From NCBI GenBank assembly GCA_963934735.1, contig CAWVZW010000002.1:3919-67918 (forward strand): 64,000 bases of DNA. Reading direction: 5' to 3'. Source of the stretch: an uncultured Planctomycetaceae bacterium (GTDB lineage Bacteria > Planctomycetota > Planctomycetia > Pirellulales > Pirellulaceae). The notes below the pieces were generated by a model that saw only the letters and a program-made list of their open reading frames with translations, was not told where the DNA came from and did no database searches. Within the stretch, counting starts at the first letter, position 1. Each line of letters opens with the position of its first letter. The translations under genes were made by a program, and so were the position numbers. Shown here one piece after another: positions 56,947 to 64,000 of this stretch.

Positions 56947-57747
56947 ATGGCATTCCTTCAACTTGAAGATAAAACCATCGTTATCATGGGCGTCGCTAAC
57001 CGTAAGAGTGTCGCCTACCACATTGGTAAAACGATCTATGAAGCTGGCGGACTGCCGGTATATGTTGTTCGCAGCGACAAGCGACGCGAAGAATTACAAA
57101 AACTAATTGGCGAACATCCGATCTACGTATGCGACGTAGAATTCCCTGAGCAAATTGAAAATCTCCGGGAAACACTAGCGGAATCACATCCAGTGATCGA
57201 CGGATTAGTACATTCCATTGCATTTGCCGATTATGAAGATGGTCCAAAGCCCTTTCACGCGACGAGTAAGTCACAATTTTTACGCGCGGTGGACATCAGC
57301 TGTTTTTCTTTGATGGCAGTATCCAATGCACTGAAGGATCTTTTCGCTAACGACGCTGCCGTGGTGTCGATTTCCATCTCCACTACCACAATGGCGAGCG
57401 AAAATTATGGATTCATGGGTCCGATTAAAGCCGCTCTCGATTCCTCATTGGCTTTTCTCACAAAGTCGTTTAGTAGTTTCTCAAATGTGCGTTTTAATGC
57501 AGTCGGACCAAGTTTACTAAAAACATCTGCGTCGGCCGGCATCCCCGGCTACGTTGAATCCTATCTTTACGCCGAACAGGTAATCCCTCGAGGTTCTGCC
57601 GTTGAAACGCAAGAAGCAGCAAATGTCGCTGCGTTTTTGCTCAGCCCGCGCTCTTCCGGAATCTGCGCGCAAACCATCGTTGTCGATGCCGGAATGCATA
57701 TCAATTACTTTGACGAAAAAATCGTCAAACGGTCCATATCCGAATAG
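56947..57747 (+). CDS. Enoyl-[ACP] reductase, FabI-type SDR
   Basis: [18 protein letters not shown] (FabI-type glycine motif) and Y-x6-K in [12 protein letters not shown]; 266 aa. Confidence 0.8.
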   Translation: MAFLQLEDKTIVIMGVANRKSVAYHIGKTIYEAGGLPVYVVRSDKRREELQKLIGEHPIYVCDVEFPEQIENLRETLAESHPVIDGLVHSIAFADYEDGPKPFHATSKSQFLRAVDISCFSLMAVSNALKDLFANDAAVVSISISTTTMASENYGFMGPIKAALDSSLAFLTKSFSSFSNVRFNAVGPSLLKTSASAGIPGYVESYLYAEQVIPRGSAVETQEAANVAAFLLSPRSSGICAQTIVVDAGMHINYFDEKIVKRSISE

Positions 57748-57761
57748 GTTTAAATATTGCC

Positions 57762-59183
57762 ATGGATTCTACACGTCCTAATATCCTCTGGTACTGCACT
57801 GACCAACAGCGATTTGACACGATCGGTGCCTTGGGCAATCCGCAAGTCGACACGCCGAATATCGACAAGTTAGTTGAATCCGGCGTCGCTTTTACCCACG
57901 CGTATTGCCAAAGTCCAATTTGCACTCCGAGTCGCTCAAGTTTCTTAACCGGTTTGTACCCAGCGCGTGTTCATAACACTCGTAACGGAAACGATACCTT
58001 TCCAGGATTTCCACCGCTAATTACCAAACTCGTTTCTGATGCTGGCTATCGTTGTGGAAATATCGGTAAATTTCATCTAACAAGTTCCGGCCACCGCACC
58101 GAACCACGACTCGACGACGGCATGACCTATTGGCAGTTTAGTCACGCACCTCGCGACGACTGGGAATCTGGTCATCACTATGCAGATTGGGTCCGCGATC
58201 AAGGTGGTGATTTAGATGCAATGCGTAATAGCCCAGAACGGGTGGATCCAGCAATGCATCAAACTCGTTGGGCAACGGAATGTGCAATTGAATTCACTGC
58301 AAGTGACGACAAGTCTGACATTCAAAATACTGACCAACCTTGGATGTTGTGTGTCAATATTTATGATCCACACCCACCGTTTATTCCACCGAAGTTCTAC
58401 GCTGATCAATTTGATGCGAAACAGATGCCGGGACCCTATTTTCAACCCAAGGATCTCGAGCAACAAGCACGATTAGCCGCGATTGATTTTCAGGGTGATC
58501 CGAAAACGCCAAGTGGCCATGATGCTAAACAAATGCAGGCCTACTATTATGCCATGATCAAGCAAATTGACGATCAATTCCAGCGAATCATTGAACACTT
58601 GCGTGACACGAATCAACTCGATAACACCATCATCATCTTTACCAGTGACCATGGTGAATCTCTCGGAGATCACGGACTGCTCGAGAAAGGTTGTCGTTTT
58701 TACGAGGGCCTTGTTCGTGTTCCTCTTATTTTTTCATGTCCCGGAAGATTCCTGCAAAATGTCCGGCGAGATGCACTTGTCGAACTTCTTGATCTAACTT
58801 CAACAATCGTTGAACTTGCGGGAATCGAACAACCAGATTATATGCAAGGTCGTACACTGGTACCGCTATTAACAAATCCAGACGCTGAAGATGATCACAG
58901 AGAGTTTGTACGCAGCGAATATTTCGACGCGTTAGATCCATTTTTCACAGGGGGTAGCGGCGTATTTGCCACGATGTATCGTAATCGGCAATTCAAACTT
59001 TCGATTTATCACGGGCACGGACTCGGCGAATTGTATGACCTCGAAAACGACCCGTGGGAATTTAACGACTTATGGAACAATCCCGAGTATACTACGGTAA
59101 AAGCCGATCTTATTGCAAAGAGTTTTGACGCACACGTGCTGCTTACCACGGATGTTGGGTCTGAACGAATCGCTCCGATGTAG
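57762..59183 (+). CDS. Sulfatase (formylglycine-type) without recognisable signal peptide
   Basis: It starts directly at the catalytic core (MDSTRPNILWYCTDQQRFD) and has CTPSRSSFLTG, GKFHL and TSDHG. It begins 14 nt after the FabI-like gene. Confidence 0.85.
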   Translation: MDSTRPNILWYCTDQQRFDTIGALGNPQVDTPNIDKLVESGVAFTHAYCQSPICTPSRSSFLTGLYPARVHNTRNGNDTFPGFPPLITKLVSDAGYRCGNIGKFHLTSSGHRTEPRLDDGMTYWQFSHAPRDDWESGHHYADWVRDQGGDLDAMRNSPERVDPAMHQTRWATECAIEFTASDDKSDIQNTDQPWMLCVNIYDPHPPFIPPKFYADQFDAKQMPGPYFQPKDLEQQARLAAIDFQGDPKTPSGHDAKQMQAYYYAMIKQIDDQFQRIIEHLRDTNQLDNTIIIFTSDHGESLGDHGLLEKGCRFYEGLVRVPLIFSCPGRFLQNVRRDALVELLDLTSTIVELAGIEQPDYMQGRTLVPLLTNPDAEDDHREFVRSEYFDALDPFFTGGSGVFATMYRNRQFKLSIYHGHGLGELYDLENDPWEFNDLWNNPEYTTVKADLIAKSFDAHVLLTTDVGSERIAPM

Positions 59184-59279
59184 AAACGGATTTATCGGTA
59201 AATCCACTGCACTAGTGACTGAATTTTCCAATACACCACGACGACACACTCAAATCCAACCTAAAGAGTCATGTGAGTC

Positions 59280-61088
59280 ATGCTAAAACAACTTGGCCCC
59301 TACATCATCGACAAGCAAATTGGCCGAGGTGGTATGGGGTTTGTTTATGCGGCTCATCACGAAGACACCGCTGACGTTGTCGCGGTAAAAATGCTCTCCG
59401 TCGGTTTTGAGGATGATGATAATTTCCGCAATCGATTTTCGTTAGAAATCGAAACGCTGAAACAACTTCATCACGATGGTATCGTCGAAATATTCGGCTT
59501 TGGTGAACAGGATGGCATACTTTTCTACAGCATGGAACTGGTAGACGGGCCTAGTCTTTATGAGACACTCAAATCTGAAGGGCCGATTGCTTGGCGAGAT
59601 GTTGTCCGCCTGACCATCGAAATATGTCATGCATTAAAACATGCCCATGACCGCGGTGTCATTCATCGCGATCTGAAACCGTCCAATCTAATCGTTTCCC
59701 GATCTGGTTCCGTAAAATTGGTCGACTTCGGTATTGCTCGGCTTTTCGGTACCGCTCAACTCACCGCCGACCATGCTGTCGTCGGCACAGCCGATTACAT
59801 GTCGCCAGAGCAGGCCGAAGGTCAGCGACCCACTGTACGCAGTGATCTGTATTCGCTCGGCGCCGTTATGTATGCGTTACTCTCCGGAAAGCCACCGTTT
59901 TCGAGCCCTTCTATTGCTCAAGTCATTCATCGATTACGTCATGACCCGCCACCTTCATTACTCGATACAAAATTCGACGTTCCCCGAGAACTCAACCATA
60001 TCGTAGGACAATTGCTCAGCAAGAATCCAGACGATCGTGTGCCCACACCTCTGGCCGTTATTCACCGCTTACAGGCCATGCAGCATGCGTTAAATTCCCA
60101 ACTACCATCCACAACCAAAAATCCAGTTATTGATATCTCCGATACCAATGCCGGAGCAACCTACAGCGATAATACTCCGACTGGTGAATACACTCGAAGC
60201 GAAATTGATGAAGATAATTCATCAACGCTGTTGCACCCCACGTTGCAAGGTCCCTATGAAACCGGAGCAGCGGCGGACGATTTGCGGATCGCAGATATCG
60301 AATCGGAGTCACCAGCGACAACTGTCGATAGTGAAAATCAGAGCCATTTCACGCGGGTCGACCCGACACGTGCCGAAGAACAAAACAGCCAAAAGCGCGG
60401 AGTGACTGCGAGTATTTTGATCGCCGTAGGATTCTTGGCGGTCATCGGTGGCATATTTGCCTTTACAAACTATATAAACCGCCCAGCAACCGCTGATGAA
60501 TTACTAGAACATATTATGCAGGCGAGGATTAATCCCGGATCAGATTGGGCACAAGCTCATGAGGAGATGGAGGATTTCATCGGGCGTTTTCCCAACCACG
60601 ATAAACATGAGCAAATCAAAACATTGCATGACGTGCTAGCCTCCGAGCGAGGGTTACAGAAATACATTGATAAACTTTCCCAAGATACGGAATCCTTGTC
60701 AGTGGTTGAATTACAGCTACTTGCTGCTCTGAAAACAGCCGCCGACGCGCCACAAACGGGCGTTGCCCAACTGGAATCGTTTATTACCACCTACGATGCG
60801 TTTACAGACGACAAAGATGCCGTCCGTTGCGTCGATTTTGCTAAGATCCAACTCAAACACTTCCAATTAGAAGCAACTCAAGTAGACCACCAAACGACTC
60901 ATTTAAAAACAATTTATCGCGACGAGATCAATCGAATCGTCGCCGCCGCCACGGAACTTGCTGATTCCGACCACCAGCAAGCACTCTCCATGCTGCAAAG
61001 TGCTAAGGCGTTGTTTTCGCAACACGAATTCTTGATTGACGAGCTACAACAACTCAATGACGCGATCGATAAATTGTCCGGTGGTTAA
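59280..61088 (+). CDS. Serine/threonine protein kinase with one TM helix and a C-terminal helical extracytoplasmic domain
   Basis: GRGGMGFVY...VAVKML, HRDLKPSNL, DFGIAR, GTADYMSPEQ; TM helix ASILIAVGFLAVIGGIFAF. Confidence 0.85.
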   Translation: MLKQLGPYIIDKQIGRGGMGFVYAAHHEDTADVVAVKMLSVGFEDDDNFRNRFSLEIETLKQLHHDGIVEIFGFGEQDGILFYSMELVDGPSLYETLKSEGPIAWRDVVRLTIEICHALKHAHDRGVIHRDLKPSNLIVSRSGSVKLVDFGIARLFGTAQLTADHAVVGTADYMSPEQAEGQRPTVRSDLYSLGAVMYALLSGKPPFSSPSIAQVIHRLRHDPPPSLLDTKFDVPRELNHIVGQLLSKNPDDRVPTPLAVIHRLQAMQHALNSQLPSTTKNPVIDISDTNAGATYSDNTPTGEYTRSEIDEDNSSTLLHPTLQGPYETGAAADDLRIADIESESPATTVDSENQSHFTRVDPTRAEEQNSQKRGVTASILIAVGFLAVIGGIFAFTNYINRPATADELLEHIMQARINPGSDWAQAHEEMEDFIGRFPNHDKHEQIKTLHDVLASERGLQKYIDKLSQDTESLSVVELQLLAALKTAADAPQTGVAQLESFITTYDAFTDDKDAVRCVDFAKIQLKHFQLEATQVDHQTTHLKTIYRDEINRIVAAATELADSDHQQALSMLQSAKALFSQHEFLIDELQQLNDAIDKLSGG

Positions 61089-61128
61089 CCCGCAAATGCG
61101 CTCTGCTGGTTCTATGTAAAATCCGCGT

Positions 61129-64000
61129 TCATCGAAAATCTCGTGGTTTCGGGTTGTATTTACCGAGCGCAGCAGAAAGATCCTCCAAGCGGTGGGCTAC
61201 GACGTGGATCACGGAATTTTTTCTTTCTAGCTTCCCATGGACTAGCCAAGCGTTGCTACGCCGTCCGACGGTGTAATACCGTTCCCAGATGTTCTGCTTC
61301 AGTACAAGATTAATCGTACCCGTTTCATCTTCAAGCGTGACAAAGGTAATCCCCTTCGCGGTATATGGGCGTTGTCGCAACAACACAATCCCCGCGACTC
61401 GAACGTAACGACCGTTTTCCAGCGACCCCAATTGAATTGCGGTAACGACAGATTTTGCATCTAACTGTTCACGCCAGAACATCAATGGATGACCTTTCAA
61501 CGAAAGACCAGCGGTCCGATAATCCATCTCCACCTGCTCTGCTGGTTGCATCACGGGTAATTCAGGAACGTCGTCATCACTGGCACTAATTAAATCGAAC
61601 AATGGCTGTTCACACATACTACGTTCTTGGGCTAAGGCCTCCCACAGCGCAGATCTCCGATCTCGTTGAAAACTAGAAAACGCATCAGCGTCCGCCAACT
61701 TCATAATAAACGATCGGCTAGCACGACCACGGCGTCGCAAATCTTCCACCGATCCGTAGAGTCTCTCGCCGCGATTTTCTAAAATTCGCATTACATCGTC
61801 TTGGCGAATACCATGAACGACTTTCATTCCCAATCGCAATGCTAGTCGTTTGTTGGCATTGTTTGTACGATCATCCTCTTGCTCTAGCGTGCAATCCCAG
61901 TCGCTCAAATTAACGTCGACCGGTAAGACATTCACTTCGTGTCGGCGAGCGTCAGTCACGAGATCACTTACACTATAAAATCCCATTGGTTGACTATTAA
62001 TTACTGCTGCCGCAAATACAGCAGGATGATGGCACTTAAGCCACGCTGATACGTATACCAACAATGCGAAACTGGCCGCATGTGATTCGGGAAATCCATA
62101 TTCACCAAATCCTCGAATCTGTGTGAACACTTGCTCGGCAAATTCCATATTTAATCCACGCTGCAGCATTCCTTTTGTTAGTTTTTGATGAAATTCCTCG
62201 ATCACGCCAGGTCGCCGCCAAGCCCCCATTGCCCGCCGCAGTTGGTCAGCTTCACCGGGTGTAAATCCAGCTGCCACCACGGCCAATCGCATTGCCTGTT
62301 CTTGAAACAACGGGACGCCGAGCGTGCGGTCGAGTACTTCGCGAATCGCATCATTTGGATAACTAGGTTCTTCTAGGCCGTCACGACGTTTCAGATAGGG
62401 ATGAACCATGTTGCCCTGAATAGGACCGGGGCGGACAATCGCAACTTGGATAACAAGGTCATAAAAACAACGTGGCTTCAGGCGGGGTAGCATACTCATT
62501 TGTGCTCGACTCTCAATCTGAAACACACCCACGGTATCAGCCTTACAAATCATGTCATACACCTGGCTGTCATCCGCAGGAATCGTTGCCAACGTCCAGT
62601 CTTCATTCTTGTGTTGTCGCAACATATCAAAACACTTATGAATAGCGGTAAGCATTCCCAACGACAAACAGTCGACTTTCAGTATTCCAAGTTCATCTAG
62701 GTCGTCTTTATTCCATTGAATCACCGTTCGTGCGTCCATGGCGGCATTTTCAATAGGTACTAGTTCACTGAGTAATCCTTGGGTGATGACCATCCCGCCT
62801 ACATGTTGCGACAGATGCCGAGGCATTCCTCGCAGCATCTCCACGAGTTCCACAAACCGTTGTCCCGCCAATTCATCTGGGTCTAACCCTACTTCTCGGC
62901 AACGCAAACAGAAATCGTTTTCCGCAATCCGTCCATCGAGATTTTTAGCAACCGCATCTACCAAATCCGCGGGGAACCCTAGAGCTTTACCAACTTCCCG
63001 CACCGCACTGCGCATGCGATAGGAGGTAACCACAGCGGTCATTCCCGCGCGATCACGACCATATTTGTTATACAGGTATTGCAGTACTTCTTCACGACGT
63101 TCATGTTCGAAATCGACATCAATATCGGGTGCTTCAGCCCGTTCACGACTAATAAAACGCTCGAACAACACCTGAGTTGTATCTGGGTCAACTGACGTTA
63201 TGCCCAAGCAAAAACAGACAACCGAATTGGCAGCTGATCCTCGCCCCTGACACAAAATCTCTTGGCTACGAGCAAACCGAACCAGATCCCAAACCGTTAA
63301 AAAATAGGCTTCGTAATGCAATTCCCCAATCAGTTCCAGTTCGTGCTGCAGTAGGTTAATAACCTTGCGAGGAATCCCTTGCGGATATCGCTCGTGAGCC
63401 CCCTCCCATGCCAATTGTTTGAGATATGCGATCGGAGTGATATCTATTGGGGCGAGTTCTTCGGGGTACTCATATCGCAATTCGGATAGTGAGAATCCAC
63501 AAAGGTCAGCGATTTCCCGTGTTCGTTGAAGTGCCTGAGGAAACTGTTGATATAATTTTGCGATGTCTTCAAGCGGGCGCATGTGGCGTTGGGCGTTGGC
63601 AAACTGATAGGGTCCAATATCGTACACCGTACACCCATGAGCGGTTGCAGTAAGAACGTCTTGCAGCCGCGCGTGAGAAGGATCGTGATAGTACACATCG
63701 CCGGACGCAACGAGCGGCACTCGAGTTTGTTGCGACAGTTCCTGAAGACGATCAAGCCGCTGCAGGTCTGCTGTCCCGCGGTGCAATTCCGCAAGCAAAT
63801 AGCAACGCTCACCGAACATGTCCTCGTATCTTTGCAAGTCTGCAGCGTCGATCAATTGGGCAGCAGCATGCACTCGGTGGTGATCCGAGCTTGTCTCCGT
63901 CGACAACCGATTCCAATCAGGGATCACACCCAATAGGAATTCGTCACCATGAGAAACTAAGTCCTCAAAGGACAAACGGCAATTACCTTTGAATGCCTGG
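61129..64000 (-). CDS. dnaE2: Error-prone DNA polymerase DnaE2-type (Pol III alpha family), N-terminus beyond window end
   Basis: The frame remains open to nt 64000. Pol III alpha blocks are present (DIDVDFEHERREEV, GLLKVDCLSLGMLT, FQIESRAQM, RPGPIQG, LFQEQ) with a C-terminal OB fold. The short C-terminus and the implied total length, well below that of replicative DnaE, fit DnaE2 better. Confidence 0.8.
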   Translation of the reverse strand, partial: QAFKGNCRLSFEDLVSHGDEFLLGVIPDWNRLSTETSSDHHRVHAAAQLIDAADLQRYEDMFGERCYLLAELHRGTADLQRLDRLQELSQQTRVPLVASGDVYYHDPSHARLQDVLTATAHGCTVYDIGPYQFANAQRHMRPLEDIAKLYQQFPQALQRTREIADLCGFSLSELRYEYPEELAPIDITPIAYLKQLAWEGAHERYPQGIPRKVINLLQHELELIGELHYEAYFLTVWDLVRFARSQEILCQGRGSAANSVVCFCLGITSVDPDTTQVLFERFISRERAEAPDIDVDFEHERREEVLQYLYNKYGRDRAGMTAVVTSYRMRSAVREVGKALGFPADLVDAVAKNLDGRIAENDFCLRCREVGLDPDELAGQRFVELVEMLRGMPRHLSQHVGGMVITQGLLSELVPIENAAMDARTVIQWNKDDLDELGILKVDCLSLGMLTAIHKCFDMLRQHKNEDWTLATIPADDSQVYDMICKADTVGVFQIESRAQMSMLPRLKPRCFYDLVIQVAIVRPGPIQGNMVHPYLKRRDGLEEPSYPNDAIREVLDRTLGVPLFQEQAMRLAVVAAGFTPGEADQLRRAMGAWRRPGVIEEFHQKLTKGMLQRGLNMEFAEQVFTQIRGFGEYGFPESHAASFALLVYVSAWLKCHHPAVFAAAVINSQPMGFYSVSDLVTDARRHEVNVLPVDVNLSDWDCTLEQEDDRTNNANKRLALRLGMKVVHGIRQDDVMRILENRGERLYGSVEDLRRRGRASRSFIMKLADADAFSSFQRDRRSALWEALAQERSMCEQPLFDLISASDDDVPELPVMQPAEQVEMDYRTAGLSLKGHPLMFWREQLDAKSVVTAIQLGSLENGRYVRVAGIVLLRQRPYTAKGITFVTLEDETGTINLVLKQNIWERYYTVGRRSNAWLVHGKLERKNSVIHVVAHRLEDLSAALGKYNPKPRDFR

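Noticed and set aside
1-64000. Searched by eye for CRISPR arrays, IS elements or transposases, integrases, prophage genes, toxin-antitoxin or defence-system ATPase/nuclease genes, tRNA and rRNA genes
   Set aside because: None was found. There are no spaced direct-repeat arrays, no DDE or tyrosine-recombinase motifs in any listed ORF, and no cloverleaf-compatible sequences in the intergenic spacers I inspected. The window appears to be core chromosome rather than an accessory island.

Overview
This window is a chromosomal, mostly housekeeping segment that looks like a Planctomycetota (Pirellulales-like) genome. The evidence for that placement: a PSCyt/DUF1549/DUF1553 giant protein paired with a Tat-secreted DUF1501 protein, three formylglycine-type sulfatases, a Tat-signal Gfo/Idh/MocA oxidoreductase, futalosine-pathway menaquinone genes, and the archaeal-type H4MPT gene mch. 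I call about 50 protein genes, one ncRNA (SRP RNA upstream of dnaX) and two convincing rho-independent terminators. I saw no tRNA, rRNA, CRISPR array, transposase or integrase. Core genes include pgk, aspS, miaA, hisE, hisG, rnpA, yidD, smc, nrdR, moaC, rpoN, recR, ybaB, dnaX and a partial dnaE2. The most interesting points: (1) A co-directional lipid-type gene cluster at about 47.3-57.7 kb encodes an adenylating ligase, a GYF membrane protein, a 3beta-HSD-type SDR, a KS, an ACP, two CrtI-family flavoproteins, a FabZ-like and a FabI-like protein, and possibly a leaderless sulfatase; it is not a standard FAS II and its product is unknown. (2) dnaX carries an A10 run at codons 421-424, and both alternative frames hit a stop within 1-2 codons, so a gamma-type short product by frameshifting or transcriptional slippage is plausible. 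(3) A FlgI-like lipoprotein with an internal HEAT-repeat insertion lies outside any flagellar locus. (4) An ABC-2 permease fused to a CPBP (CAAX-type) intramembrane protease is nested in an mqnA-mqnC ... amidohydrolase operon. (5) An HpcH-type aldolase is fused to a bicupin. (6) A HEAT-repeat ORF is in frame with, and separated by a single TAA from, a secreted sulfatase. All functional calls rest on motif recognition by eye; no database search was run.
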